Assembly (NCBI GenBank): GCA_965214935.1
Contig: CBDCCS010000004.1
Coordinates: 32,001-96,000, forward strand
Direction: 5' to 3'
DNA length: 64,000 bases
DNA from: Candidatus Velthaea sp.
GTDB lineage: Bacteria; Vulcanimicrobiota; Vulcanimicrobiia; Vulcanimicrobiales; Vulcanimicrobiaceae
The position numbers and the translations under genes were made by a program. Position 1 is the first letter of the stretch. Each line of letters begins with the position of its first letter. This document shows, in pieces, positions 37,606 through 48,470 of this stretch. Below the pieces are notes generated by a model, which worked only from the letters and a program-made list of their open reading frames with translations, did no database searches and was not told the origin of the DNA.

Positions 37606-40188
37606 ATGACCTGCGGCCGCGCCGTTCGCTCGACGTTCGTTTTGCTATTCATGGTCCTCTTCGGGCTGGATTGCTGCGGCCCGGCGGCGGCGCAGACATT
37701 TACGCACAGCCGCGTTGAGATGCACGAGGGCGAACCCACGCTCGACGTCGACGGGCGGCCGTTCTTCTTCTACGGAGCGGCGTTCTTTTACGAACGCATT
37801 CCGGCCGCGCAGTGGCGTGCATCGATGTCGGCGCTGCGCTCGATGGGTTTCAACACGCTCGACCTATACGTGCCCTGGAATTGGCACGAACGTAGCGATG
37901 GTGAGTTCGATTTCAGCGGCCGCACGAACGCGCGGCGTGACTTGCGTTCGGTCTTGCGCCTCGCTCGCGAATTTGCGTTCAAGATCGTCGTGCGGCCCGG
38001 GCCCGTGATTCGCAACGAGTGGCGCAACGGCGGCTATCCGGCGTGGCTGCTGACGCGGCCCGAATACGACATGCCGCTGCACGACATTCTTGAAGGCCGG
38101 TACCCGGCGACGGCAACGCTGCAGAATGCGAATTCGGATGATGCCGCCGCGCAATGGCTGCACAATGCAACGCACATGCAGTATGCCCGCCGCTGGCTGC
38201 AAACGGTCTTGCGCGAGTTCGTACCGGTCGCCGACCTCGTGATCGCCGTGCAACTCGATGACGATCAAGGCGCGTACATCGACAATCAAACCTGGCCGGC
38301 GCCGCATTTTCAGGCGTATGTAGCCGCGCTCGAAACGACGGTACGGAGTATCGTCGGCGCGCGCTTGCCGCTCTTCATCAACACGTACGAGATGAAAGTG
38401 ACGGCTTCGGCACCGGTCTGGGCGATGGGCAACTGGTATCAATCCGATGCGTATGCACTGGGCGAGCACGATCGGACGGCACTCGAGTTCAGTACCGGAC
38501 TGCTGCAAACGCAGACGCGCTTCCCCGTCGCGATGAGTGAATTTCAAGCCGGCTGGCTTGCACCGCCCGAAGATCCCGCACCGCGTCCGGCCGATCCCGC
38601 GAACACGACGCTGGCATTGCATACGCTGCTCGGCATGGGAGCGCGCGGCGTGATCGACTTTCCGGCACAGGACACCCTCAACCCGGCGGGTTGGGAAGCG
38701 CCGTTTGCCAATGCTGCGTATAGGTGGGACGCCGCACTCGACCGCCGGCTGCAGCCTTCGGCGAGGTATCTTCCGACAGCCGATTTCGGGACGCTCGTCC
38801 GCGCCGGCGGAACGCAACTCGCAGCGGCGCAGCGGCTCAGCGACGGCGCCGTCGCCTATCTCAGTTCCGCCTACGATCCGGCGCGCCTAACGAACGCCGA
38901 CGTTTTTGCCATTGCCGCGCGGACCCAAGATGCGCAGCATGCCTGTCGCCGGCACGCGCTCACCTGCGATCTGATCGATCTTCGCTTCGCCGGCGCAGCG
39001 AAGCTCGCCGGTTATCCCTTTGTCGTCGTGCCGCCGACCGGCGTGCGACTGCCCTTCGAGGCGGCCGTTCGCGCGAAGCTTGCTGCGTACGTCCGCGCCG
39101 GCGGGCGGGTGTTGGCCGAACCGCCGGCAATAGCAACGCCGCGCAACGGCGGAATCGCCGACGCAACCGTGTTATTAGCGCCCGACGGCACGGCGTTTCT
39201 CGACATCGTCAATTACGACGACACGGCACGCCGGATCGCGCGGACGCGTCTGGGGTTGCCACACGGGCGCAGCTGGATCGTCGGACCGCTGATCGTCCCG
39301 GCGCGTGACGCCATGCTGTTGCGTTCCGGTGATACGCGCGATTCGCGCGCGTCACCGCAGCCCGCCCAAGCACCGCCCGCTTCGCCCCAACCCTCGATCG
39401 ACTCGTGCGCGACGGCCGAACCGGAACCGTCCGTTCCGGCCGCACCGCCGATCGTACGTGACGATCGCGCTTGCGATGGCTTCGCGCGACTCACGCTTGC
39501 AAACGATCGTGTCGCCGTAACGCTTGCTCCGGATGCCGGCGCGCGCGCTTTTACTTTCTCTGCCCGCAGCGGTTCCGGCTCGACGATCAATGCCTTTACG
39601 AGCGTCGGTGCGTTACGCGACGACGTCGAAATCCAGCCGCCGGTCTCGACGACCGATCGCATCGGCAAATATACGCGCTCGTTTCCGGCCGGAACGTTCA
39701 ATCGCCCGTATTTCGTCGAGCACCAAGCGGCAACCGCTGACGCAGCGTCCGTCACGTTGCGTTACGCTGCGCCCGACATGCTTCCCAATGGAGCCGTCTT
39801 CACGCGAACGCTGCAACTCGAACGCGGGAAAGCGGCATTCACCGTCGCCCAGGAAGTAACGTTTGCACCGGGCGTCGATGCCGGCGCACAACGCGCGGTA
39901 CGCTACGATTCGTTCGATTCGCGCGGCATGCAAGTGCTCGACGAGCGCACGCACGGGCAAATCGGTTTTTACTCGGCCGACCACCAAACGGTCGCGAGTA
40001 TCACCTGGCCGCCGGGCGATGTCGAAGACGCTCAACTCATGCCCGAACGGAGTTCGACGGTCGTGCGTCTGCGTTTTGCGGCCAACGGTATACGTCGTAC
40101 TCGCTACGCGCTCAGCGCGGTGACCGGCATCAGCGACGCACGCGCCGAACTCTTGAAAGAACGCAGCGCACTCGACGCGAAACCGTAG
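37606..40188 (+). CDS. Secreted GH35-like (beta-galactosidase family) glycoside hydrolase
   Basis: Signal peptide; GFNTLDLYVPWNWHE, GEFDFSG, RPGPVIRNEWRNGGYPAWL, SEFQAGW. Confidence 0.8.
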   Translation: MTCGRAVRSTFVLLFMVLFGLDCCGPAAAQTFTHSRVEMHEGEPTLDVDGRPFFFYGAAFFYERIPAAQWRASMSALRSMGFNTLDLYVPWNWHERSDGEFDFSGRTNARRDLRSVLRLAREFAFKIVVRPGPVIRNEWRNGGYPAWLLTRPEYDMPLHDILEGRYPATATLQNANSDDAAAQWLHNATHMQYARRWLQTVLREFVPVADLVIAVQLDDDQGAYIDNQTWPAPHFQAYVAALETTVRSIVGARLPLFINTYEMKVTASAPVWAMGNWYQSDAYALGEHDRTALEFSTGLLQTQTRFPVAMSEFQAGWLAPPEDPAPRPADPANTTLALHTLLGMGARGVIDFPAQDTLNPAGWEAPFANAAYRWDAALDRRLQPSARYLPTADFGTLVRAGGTQLAAAQRLSDGAVAYLSSAYDPARLTNADVFAIAARTQDAQHACRRHALTCDLIDLRFAGAAKLAGYPFVVVPPTGVRLPFEAAVRAKLAAYVRAGGRVLAEPPAIATPRNGGIADATVLLAPDGTAFLDIVNYDDTARRIARTRLGLPHGRSWIVGPLIVPARDAMLLRSGDTRDSRASPQPAQAPPASPQPSIDSCATAEPEPSVPAAPPIVRDDRACDGFARLTLANDRVAVTLAPDAGARAFTFSARSGSGSTINAFTSVGALRDDVEIQPPVSTTDRIGKYTRSFPAGTFNRPYFVEHQAATADAASVTLRYAAPDMLPNGAVFTRTLQLERGKAAFTVAQEVTFAPGVDAGAQRAVRYDSFDSRGMQVLDERTHGQIGFYSADHQTVASITWPPGDVEDAQLMPERSSTVVRLRFAANGIRRTRYALSAVTGISDARAELLKERSALDAKP

Positions 40189-40196
40189 CTGGCCGC

Positions 40197-40279
40197 GGGG
40201 GCGTGGCGAAATGGTAGACGCAGTTGCCTCAAAAGCAACCGAGTGTGAGCTCATCTCGGTTCGAGTCCGAGCGCCCCCA
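40197..40279 (+). tRNA. tRNA-Leu(CAA)
   Basis: GGGGGCG/CGCCCCC acceptor; GTTGC-CTCAAAA-GCAAC anticodon arm; long variable arm. Confidence 0.96.
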
Positions 40280-40358
40280 TTTTGGCCGAATCCGCGTGCG
40301 ACACGAACTTGCATTGCGTTAACATCGGGCAGACGCGATTGCGGAACGGCTAAAAATC

Positions 40359-41585
40359 GTGCGTTTCATTTTTCTCACGCAATACTATCCGCCGGAGATC
40401 GGAGCACCGCAAACGCGGCTCATGTCGATCGTGCGATTGTTGCGCATGCGCGGACATAGCGTTGAAGTCGTTACAGCCATGCCGAACCATTTAGCCGGTA
40501 AAACATTCGAGCGCTATCGCGGTAAACTATTCGTACGCGATCGCTGGGACGGCGCGCCGATCATCCGCACGTGGATGTATGCAGCAAGTGGAATGGGCGT
40601 TCGGCGTCTGCTCAGTTATCTTTCATTTACGCTCTCGTGTGTTGCGGGTCTCGCACGCGCACGAGCCGCCGATGTTATTTTCATCGAATCACCGCCGCTA
40701 TTTTTAGCAGTACCTGGCATCGTGTACGCGCGAGTCCGCGGCATGCGCTCGATTTTCAACGTAGCCGATCTTTGGCCGGATTCGGTTCGCGCGCTCGGCG
40801 GCGCGTTCGGACAATCGCGCCTACTGCAAGCAGCAGACTGGCTCGAAGGCTGGGCATATCGGCAAGCAAACATTGTTTGCGCCGTATCGCAAGGCATCGT
40901 CCTGACCCTGACCCAAAATAAACATGTACCGCCGGGAAAAGTTGTGTTCTTTCCCAACGGCGTCGATACGGCTTTATTTACACCACGGCCACCCGATACC
41001 GATTTGCAAGCTCGCTTCGGCGGCGCCGACGCGCGCGTGTTTCTCTATGCCGGAACCCACGGCTCAGCGCAGGGGCTCGAGTTCGTCATCGCAGCAGCAG
41101 CGCTGTTGCGTGACACGACTGCGTATTTTCTTTTCGTCGGCGACGGGCACAGCAAAGCGCAACTTCGCGAGCTCGTGCGCGAGCAACGACTCACGAACGT
41201 TGCATTCATCGATTCGGTACCGCTCGAAGAAATGCCACGGTATCTTTCGATTGCCTATGCAGCGATCGTTCCGCTGCTGCGCCGCGAGATATTCAAAGAT
41301 GCGCGGCCGTCGAAAATGTTTCCGGCACTCGCATCGGGTGTCCCAATCGTGTTTGCCGGCGAAGGCGAATCAGCCAAGTTGCTTACCGATGCAGCGTGCG
41401 GCGTCGTCGTCGAGCCCGAAGCGCCCGAGTCGATGGCACATGCGATCCGCGAGCTCATGAGCGACATGCCGCGGCGCAATCGGCTCGGCGCAAACGGGGT
41501 ACAGCTTGCCGACGCTTCTTTTAGTTGGGCCGCGATCGTTGATACTTGGTTAACGCAAGTAAGCGAACGTCTAAAATTAGGCTGA
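40359..41585 (+). CDS. Glycosyltransferase family 4 (WbuB-like)
   Basis: TQYYPPEIGA, ESPPLF, NVADLWPDS, YAGTHG.AQGLE, PSK. Confidence 0.9.
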   Translation: MRFIFLTQYYPPEIGAPQTRLMSIVRLLRMRGHSVEVVTAMPNHLAGKTFERYRGKLFVRDRWDGAPIIRTWMYAASGMGVRRLLSYLSFTLSCVAGLARARAADVIFIESPPLFLAVPGIVYARVRGMRSIFNVADLWPDSVRALGGAFGQSRLLQAADWLEGWAYRQANIVCAVSQGIVLTLTQNKHVPPGKVVFFPNGVDTALFTPRPPDTDLQARFGGADARVFLYAGTHGSAQGLEFVIAAAALLRDTTAYFLFVGDGHSKAQLRELVREQRLTNVAFIDSVPLEEMPRYLSIAYAAIVPLLRREIFKDARPSKMFPALASGVPIVFAGEGESAKLLTDAACGVVVEPEAPESMAHAIRELMSDMPRRNRLGANGVQLADASFSWAAIVDTWLTQVSERLKLG

Positions 41586-41794
41586 GCGACGTTCCGAAGA
41601 ATTAAACCGAAACCGCACATCATGCATGTGGTTGTTTGCCCCCCGGACAGCCGAAGAAATGCATGCTAAATTACAAATTGAGCTGATGTGCGAAGTCGCA
41701 CAATCGGTTTAACTTTGATTGTGAGTGCAGGCACGCCGCAGCGTTAGGCCGATACTACCGACCGCCGACAATTCACGTCCGCTGCAGCGATCTG

Positions 41795-43636
41795 ATGTTC
41801 CGTCGATCGCACTTGCACTTCACGTTAAATCAATTGAGAAATCGAGGCTTCTTGACGTTGCGATCGGTCGTCTTCTGCGCGCTCTATGCTCTTGCAATGA
41901 CCGTTACCGGTTGTTCGGGAGGTGGTTCAACCGTAACACCGCGCTCTCAATCGGACGTTCCGAACGGTGCGCCGATTGCGGCCATGTCAGCCCTGCGCCT
42001 GACGCAAATCAGCTCGACCGATTCGTCGTCGTCAACGCACGTAAAGACGTGGGGATACTGGGGCCAGGCAACCGAACCGGCAGGTGTAACGGCAGCGTAT
42101 GTCGCCTCGCACCTTACCTTTTTAGAAGCCGATCCATCGCACGTCAGCCAGTTCCACAGCGCCGGCGGAACGTATGGCGTAAAGTACACCGACCCGAGCC
42201 GCGTCATCCCGGCGCGCCATGAAGATCTCTGGACGGTCCCGGAATCCGGCTGGTTCCACGATTCTTCGGGCCGGCGCATCTACACCTACTTTCCCGGCTA
42301 CGGCACGCAAAATATGCTCAACCCGGAAAAGTCGGAAACACGTAACGCCTATGTAACATTGACGCAGCAAATTAAATCATCGGCACCGTATTCGTACGTT
42401 GAAGTCGATAATACGTACTACGATCTGGTCGGTGCCTTCTACGGCTTTAATACACCGGGGGTCGAGGCCGGATCGCAGAGTGCGTACGACAACGGGATCG
42501 TACAGCTGTTACAAGGCAGTGCGGTAACGCCGATCGTCAACGGCTTGAGCAATGAAGACGGCGGACTGAACGGCGTTTCCGGGACGAAGATGTTCCTACC
42601 GTACGCCGCCGGCGGCATCAACAACGAAGGCTGCCTGCAGGCAACCTACGTCAAGTCCGTTGCGCAGTGGGAATTCGACGCCAACACGCTGCTCTATACG
42701 TCGGCGCAGCATAAGTGGTCGGTGTGCTGGCCGCAAAGCGCGCAAACCTCCGACGCCCACACCGAGCGCTTATTTTTCTTAGGTTCATGGTGGCTCACAT
42801 ACGATCCGACGTATTCGGTCGCGTTTCCACAGTTCGCCTCGCATTCAGGCTTGTTCATCTTTCCCGAATATGCAATCGTGCCGCTCGATCCGATTCAAAC
42901 CGCGAACGCGCACGTTTCCGGGCTCAAAGATCCAAGCGGCGTTTACGTACGCGAGTTTGCGAAATGTTATCAAGCGGGAACCGCTATCGGCGCGTGCGCC
43001 GCGTTCGTCAATCCATCGTCATCGAAGCTCACGCTGCCGGCGCGCGCCGCCGCCTACCGCAACATGCTCTCACTCGATGCAAACAATGCCTATGACGGCG
43101 GGAAAGCCGGCTGGGAATCGAACTCCGCGCGGACGATTGCACCGCTGAGTTCCGTCATTGTCGCCGGGCTCAACGGCGCTCCGGCCACGCCGGCGCCGCA
43201 GCCGACGCCGGGCGGCGCAAACATCACGCTCTACGGAACGATCGCCGGCACCACCGCGACATCATTGCTCACGCAGTCGTCGTGCGGCTATGAGTACGTG
43301 TACTTCGACGGCTCGACGCCGATCGCGAAGAACGGCTATTCGCTCGCGGCCGGGACAAACTTAAAGGTCGTCGGCAGCGGGACCTGCGCCACGTCCGTGA
43401 ACGCATCGCAGATAACGCTAACCGGCGTCGGCACGACCATCACCGGCGACGTCACGTCGGTTTCGGCGCAAACCTACGTCGTAAAGACCAGCGGCTCGTG
43501 CGGCAGCGTTCCGGTCCGCGTTGACGGATCGACCACCTTCGTTGGGCCCGCGCCCGGCGTCGGGGCGAGCATCTCGGCGACCGGAGCGGGCAGTTGTTCG
43601 AGCGGCATCAGCGCGACGTCGGTCGTCACGCATTGA
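41795..43636 (+). CDS. Lipoprotein with a putative glycoside-hydrolase-like domain and two C-terminal DUF5666-like repeats
   Basis: Lipobox VTGC, Ser/Thr linker, aromatic-rich core, Pro linker, two beta-rich repeats each with a Cys pair. Confidence 0.7.
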   Translation: MFRRSHLHFTLNQLRNRGFLTLRSVVFCALYALAMTVTGCSGGGSTVTPRSQSDVPNGAPIAAMSALRLTQISSTDSSSSTHVKTWGYWGQATEPAGVTAAYVASHLTFLEADPSHVSQFHSAGGTYGVKYTDPSRVIPARHEDLWTVPESGWFHDSSGRRIYTYFPGYGTQNMLNPEKSETRNAYVTLTQQIKSSAPYSYVEVDNTYYDLVGAFYGFNTPGVEAGSQSAYDNGIVQLLQGSAVTPIVNGLSNEDGGLNGVSGTKMFLPYAAGGINNEGCLQATYVKSVAQWEFDANTLLYTSAQHKWSVCWPQSAQTSDAHTERLFFLGSWWLTYDPTYSVAFPQFASHSGLFIFPEYAIVPLDPIQTANAHVSGLKDPSGVYVREFAKCYQAGTAIGACAAFVNPSSSKLTLPARAAAYRNMLSLDANNAYDGGKAGWESNSARTIAPLSSVIVAGLNGAPATPAPQPTPGGANITLYGTIAGTTATSLLTQSSCGYEYVYFDGSTPIAKNGYSLAAGTNLKVVGSGTCATSVNASQITLTGVGTTITGDVTSVSAQTYVVKTSGSCGSVPVRVDGSTTFVGPAPGVGASISATGAGSCSSGISATSVVTH

Positions 43637-44825
43637 CCGTGTCGCTTAGTGACGCGGCAAAGAGTCGCGGGCTCGTCGCCGCGTGCAGCACTGCGCGAAT
43701 CGCCGTCAAAACATCGCTCTGCTCGGCGTCGCTAAGGTCCGGATACAACGGCAGCGATACGAGTTCGGGCCAGACTGCATTGGTGACCGGAAGTTCTGCA
43801 GTCCGATAGTCCGCGAACGCCGAGAAAAGGTGCGTCGGGATGTAATGGACGCTCGTCCCGATGAAGCGCTCGCCGAGCGCATCGATGAACCGGTCGCGCG
43901 TGATGCCTGCCGTCTGCGAATCGAGCCGGACGACGTACATGCACCAGGCGTGCCGGCCGCCGGCCGACGGCGCCGGACTGACCGGCGTCGCGCCGGCAAC
44001 GTCCGCCAATTCCGCATCGTAGCGCGCGGCAAGCTCATCGCGCCGCCGCTGCATTGCCGCGAGCCGATCGAGCTGCGAGAGACCCAGTGCTGCGCACATG
44101 TCGGGAAGATTGAATTTGTGACCGGTCACAGTCACGTCGTAGCGCCATTTTCCGCCCTGCGTATAACGCTTCCACGCATCGCGATCCATCCCGTGTAATG
44201 AATGAATTCGCACGCGTTCCATGACGTCGTCGCGATTCGTGACAACCATGCCGCCCTCGGCAGTGGCCAGATTTTTGGTCGCATAAAAACTATAGGCGGC
44301 GCCGTCGGAACGCGTGCCGGCCCAGCGATTGCCGTCAAGCATCCCGGCCGCATGCGCCGCGTCCTCGAATACCGCGATGCCGCGCGGCCGAGCATAGGCC
44401 GCGATGGAATCGATATCGGCGGGGTAGCCCGCGTAATGCATCGGCATGATGAGTTTTGTGCGTGCCGTTACGACCTGCGCGACGGACGCCGCCGTGATGC
44501 ACAACGTTAACGGATCGACATCGGCAAACACGGGCACGGCGCCGAGCTGCCGCGCACACTGGGCGCCCGCGACGAACGTTAGCGACGGCATGACGACTTC
44601 ATCGCCGGGCTCGACGCCGAGCGCGATCATGCCGAGCAGCAAGCCCGCAGTGCAACTGCTGACGGCGACGGCATGCTTTGCTCCGGTGTCTTGCGCGAAG
44701 CGACGCTCGAATTCACGCACGCGTGGGCCGGTCGTCAACCAACCGTTGCGCATCGAATCGGCGACGGAGGCGAGATCTGCCGGCACGATCGACGGCCGGT
44801 AATACGGAAGAAATTCGGTTCGCAC
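43626..44825 (-). CDS. DegT/DnrJ/EryC1/StrS sugar aminotransferase (WlbF/ArnB-like)
   Basis: GWLTTGP, EDAAHA, SFYATKNLATAEGG, SVHYIP. Confidence 0.92.
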   Translation of the reverse strand: MRTEFLPYYRPSIVPADLASVADSMRNGWLTTGPRVREFERRFAQDTGAKHAVAVSSCTAGLLLGMIALGVEPGDEVVMPSLTFVAGAQCARQLGAVPVFADVDPLTLCITAASVAQVVTARTKLIMPMHYAGYPADIDSIAAYARPRGIAVFEDAAHAAGMLDGNRWAGTRSDGAAYSFYATKNLATAEGGMVVTNRDDVMERVRIHSLHGMDRDAWKRYTQGGKWRYDVTVTGHKFNLPDMCAALGLSQLDRLAAMQRRRDELAARYDAELADVAGATPVSPAPSAGGRHAWCMYVVRLDSQTAGITRDRFIDALGERFIGTSVHYIPTHLFSAFADYRTAELPVTNAVWPELVSLPLYPDLSDAEQSDVLTAIRAVLHAATSPRLFAASLSDTVNA

Positions 44826-44834
44826 GAGAGACTC

Positions 44835-46244
44835 CTAACGCGTCGCGAATACTTGGCCGGCGGGTACCGACCGCGCATGCGACTGCGGAAACGAACGCGC
44901 GTACGTCACGACGATCGCCGCCAGCAAAAAGACCGACCACGTTGCTTTTTGATGCATGATGCCGACGAAAAGCGACGCGACGAAAAGCGCCAGCGTCGAT
45001 GCTTCGATCGACGCCCGGATGTCGGCATACGGCGCAGGCGCTCGAACCGTCCGCAGATCGGTAATTTGCACGATCCACGCGTAGATGAGTAACGCCAAGC
45101 CGAGCACGCCCAACTCGACGCCCGTCTGCACGATAACGTTGTGTGCGACGATATGCCAGTGCTTGTACGTTCCGTGATACACCGCGAACCACGCACGGTC
45201 GTAGGCATCTTGGAAGTTGCCGATGCCGACGCCGACAAAGGGATGTTTGCGAAACGCGACGAGGCCGGTCTTCCAAATCGACGTTCGACCGGCGCCCCCG
45301 CTACTGACGGCAACGGCAAAACGCGCGACGAGCGGACTTGCAAATATCGCGCTTCCGCCGATTGCCAGAAACAGCCCGAGCTGGCTGCGATACGGCGAAC
45401 GCCATAACAGATATGCCAGCAGAACGGCGATCGCGATCAACGCACCGCGCGATCCGCTCGCGATAAAGCCGCCGGCGAGAATCGCGAGCGGGCCAAAAGC
45501 GAGGAGCTTCCGCACGCCGCTTGCGCGCAAGAAATACATCATAGAAAGCCCGAACGGCAAAATCAAAGCAGCCGCAAATTCGTTGGGATCGATCTGCCGG
45601 TCGCCGGCCTCGACGATGAGACGATCGTGGCGGTATGCGTGCCCGCCCTGAGCGAGCAGATAGTCGCCGTACAGCGCTGCAAAAATGCCGCCGATCACGA
45701 GCGCGATCATGACGGCGCGCACGTCGCTCCACTTCGCCGGAATCATTGCGACAACGACGAGCAGCAAATACTGCTGCATGTAGCGCGAAAACCAGTCGAA
45801 CGCCGCTTCGCGATTGTCCGCCCACATGATGGACGCAGCCATGAACATGATGAGGACGCCCCACACGAGCACCGGGCGTCCGGGTAAGCGCAAATTTTTC
45901 GTGATGATGATGCGTGCGACGATCGCCGCGGTTGAAATTACGGCAAGCACGCGCGGGATCGAACCGACGGCGCCGAGCGCAACGAGATTCTCGAACGGAA
46001 TCACCGCAGCGTACAGGCTGAACGGGAAGATCAGCGGAGCGCGCAAGCTGACGGCAAACGCGAACGGCAGCAGGGGTACCGCGAGTGCTGCCATGAACGC
46101 AACCGGTGACGGTAGTGCCAGCGCCGCTTTGAGCGCATACAAACACACCGCTACGTAGAGCAGCACTCCTGCAGCGGTGCCGGCGCGTTTGGAGATGCGT
46201 ATGCGTGCGACGGGTACGTGCCGCGCGAGCAACGTCCCGTTCAC
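44835..46244 (-). CDS. O-antigen ligase/Wzy polymerase family membrane protein (start approximate)
   Basis: About 10-12 TM segments; DPNEFA, SGSRGA, HPFVGVGIGNF, AHN...VELG. Confidence 0.85.
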   Translation of the reverse strand: MNGTLLARHVPVARIRISKRAGTAAGVLLYVAVCLYALKAALALPSPVAFMAALAVPLLPFAFAVSLRAPLIFPFSLYAAVIPFENLVALGAVGSIPRVLAVISTAAIVARIIITKNLRLPGRPVLVWGVLIMFMAASIMWADNREAAFDWFSRYMQQYLLLVVVAMIPAKWSDVRAVMIALVIGGIFAALYGDYLLAQGGHAYRHDRLIVEAGDRQIDPNEFAAALILPFGLSMMYFLRASGVRKLLAFGPLAILAGGFIASGSRGALIAIAVLLAYLLWRSPYRSQLGLFLAIGGSAIFASPLVARFAVAVSSGGAGRTSIWKTGLVAFRKHPFVGVGIGNFQDAYDRAWFAVYHGTYKHWHIVAHNVIVQTGVELGVLGLALLIYAWIVQITDLRTVRAPAPYADIRASIEASTLALFVASLFVGIMHQKATWSVFLLAAIVVTYARSFPQSHARSVPAGQVFATR

Positions 46245-46260
46245 GTGCCGGCGCGCTCGT

Positions 46261-47352
46261 TCAGCATGCCGCTGCGACGCCGTGCGCGCGACCTGCCGCA
46301 ACGAGGGCCGTCGCGATGCGTTCGGCGCATTCACCGACGAACGGCAAGGCAGTTCGATCGGCGGTCGGAAGCCTTCGGAGCGCGCCGCGCGCAATCGCCG
46401 CCGGATCGCTACCGGCTAGTACGTTCCAGCCGCCCGTCAGCGTATCGACCCACTCCGTCTCATCGCGCATCGTCACGCACGGAACGCCGAGTGCGAACGC
46501 TTCTTTTTGCATCCCGCCCGAATCCGTCAGCACCACGCGAGCATCGCGCTCGAGTGCGATCATCTCGGCGTACGAAACCGGATCGCACGTGCGAATCGAG
46601 TCGCCGGGGGCGCCGACCGCGAATTCGTGCGCTAACGTTCGGGTGCGCGGATGCACCGGAAAGATGGTCGGCAATCCGGTCGCCCGTAACCCTTCGATCA
46701 GCCGCCCGAACGTATCGCGATCCGCGGTATTAATCGCGCGGTGAATCGTGGCAAGTGCATAGGTGCCGGCGGCTACACCCAGACGCGTTGCGATCGCGGG
46801 TACCGCGGGCAGCGCACGCGCTGTCTCGAGCGCAAGATCGATCATCAGATCGCCGACGATGACGACGGCGGCCCCGAGTCCCTCGGCGACCAAATTCCGG
46901 CGCGCCAAGTCGTTCGAAACGAGATGCAGATTGCTGACATGATCGGCGACGATTCGATTGACTTCTTCTGGTGCAGACCGGTTGAACGAACGCATTCCGG
47001 CCTCGACGTGTGCCAACGGCACGCCCGCTTTTGCAGCGGTCAACGCACCGGCGAGCGTCGAATTCGTATCGCCGTAAACGAGCAACCAATCCGGTGCTTC
47101 ACGTTCCACGATCGGTTCGAGTAAGGCTAGCATGTCGCCGGTCTGCTTACCGTGAGAGCTCGAACCGACGTCGAGCGAGTACGCCGGCGGCGCGAGCGCG
47201 AGCTCTTCGAAAAAGATGGTCGACATTGCGTAATCGTAATGTTGACCCGTGTGCACGAGCACTTCATCGATGCCGTGCCGCCCGAGCGTTCGGCTCAGAA
47301 CGGCGGCCTTGACGAACTGCGGACGCGCGCCGACGATGGTGAGCAGTTTCAT
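46261..47352 (-). CDS. Non-hydrolysing UDP-GlcNAc 2-epimerase (WbpI/WecB-like)
   Basis: MKLLTIVGARPQFVK, HTGQHYD, GDTNSTLAG, HVEAG, TDSGGMQKEA. Confidence 0.93.
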   Translation of the reverse strand: MKLLTIVGARPQFVKAAVLSRTLGRHGIDEVLVHTGQHYDYAMSTIFFEELALAPPAYSLDVGSSSHGKQTGDMLALLEPIVEREAPDWLLVYGDTNSTLAGALTAAKAGVPLAHVEAGMRSFNRSAPEEVNRIVADHVSNLHLVSNDLARRNLVAEGLGAAVVIVGDLMIDLALETARALPAVPAIATRLGVAAGTYALATIHRAINTADRDTFGRLIEGLRATGLPTIFPVHPRTRTLAHEFAVGAPGDSIRTCDPVSYAEMIALERDARVVLTDSGGMQKEAFALGVPCVTMRDETEWVDTLTGGWNVLAGSDPAAIARGALRRLPTADRTALPFVGECAERIATALVAAGRAHGVAAAC

Positions 47353-48470
47353 TGCATGTAAACGCCGACCGCGGCATCCGAACGGCTCAGCGCAGCAATG
47401 ACGCGCGCCTGATCGGCAAACGGGAGTTCGGGATACATCGGCAGCGAAAGCACCTCGCAAGCGGCGGCCTCGGCTGCCGGAAAATCGCCCGCGGCATAGC
47501 CTAACGCTGCATGCACGATTTGCCGATGCAGCGGAACCGGATAGTAAATCATCGTTTGCACGCCGGCGGCGGTAAGCCCGCGCTGCACGTCGTCGCGCTC
47601 TTGCACGCGCAACGTGTATTGATGGTAAACGTGTTGTGCGCGTTGGGTCGCACGCGGGCAAACGAGCGCCGGAACGTCGCTCAACGCTGCATCGTACGTT
47701 CGCGCGATCGCCCGGCGCCGGGCGGTCCACGCATCGAGACAGCGTAACTTCACCCGCAAAACCGCGGCTTGCAATTCGTCGAGCCGGCTATTGACGCCGA
47801 GCTCCTCGTGATGGTATTTGACGCGTCCGCCGTGTGCGCGTAGCGCTTTGACGCGCGCCGCAAGCTCCGGGACGTCGGTCGTTACCATTCCGCCGTCGCC
47901 GTATGCGCCTAAGTTTTTTGACGGAAAGAAACTAAAGCAACCAAAGGTACCGAACGTACCGACGCGCCGGCCGCCGATCGTCGCCCCCGTGGCCTGCGCG
48001 CAATCTTCAACGACCGCCAAACCGTGCCGCTCGGCTATCGCCATGATTTCGGGCATGGCCGCCGGTGCACCGTACAGGTGAACCGGCACGATCGCCTTCG
48101 TCCGCTTTGTGATCGCCGCCTCGATGGCCGCCGGATCGATGTTGTACGAGGCCGGCTCGATATCGGCAAATACCGGTCGCGCTCCGACCATGCCGATCGC
48201 CTCGCTCGTCGCGACGAAGGTAAACGGCGTCGTGATAACTTCATCGCCGGGGCCGATGTCGAGTGCGCGCAGCGCCAAATGCAGTGCATCGGTGCCGGAG
48301 TTGACCCCGATTCCGTAGCCCGCACCGGTGTAGCGCGCAAACTCGTCCTCGAACGCCGCGACGTTCGGACCGTTGATGAAGTGACCGTGTGCAAGAACGT
48401 CGAGTACCGCTGCATCGATCTCCGTCCGAATGGTCCGGTATTGCGCGGTTAGGTCCAAAATTGCGATCAT
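47349..48470 (-). CDS. DegT family aminotransferase (WbpE/WlbC-like)
   Basis: NSGTDAL, EDCAQA, SFFPSKNLGAYGDGG, GVNSRLDELQAA. Confidence 0.92.
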   Translation of the reverse strand: MIAILDLTAQYRTIRTEIDAAVLDVLAHGHFINGPNVAAFEDEFARYTGAGYGIGVNSGTDALHLALRALDIGPGDEVITTPFTFVATSEAIGMVGARPVFADIEPASYNIDPAAIEAAITKRTKAIVPVHLYGAPAAMPEIMAIAERHGLAVVEDCAQATGATIGGRRVGTFGTFGCFSFFPSKNLGAYGDGGMVTTDVPELAARVKALRAHGGRVKYHHEELGVNSRLDELQAAVLRVKLRCLDAWTARRRAIARTYDAALSDVPALVCPRATQRAQHVYHQYTLRVQERDDVQRGLTAAGVQTMIYYPVPLHRQIVHAALGYAAGDFPAAEAAACEVLSLPMYPELPFADQARVIAALSRSDAAVGVYMQ

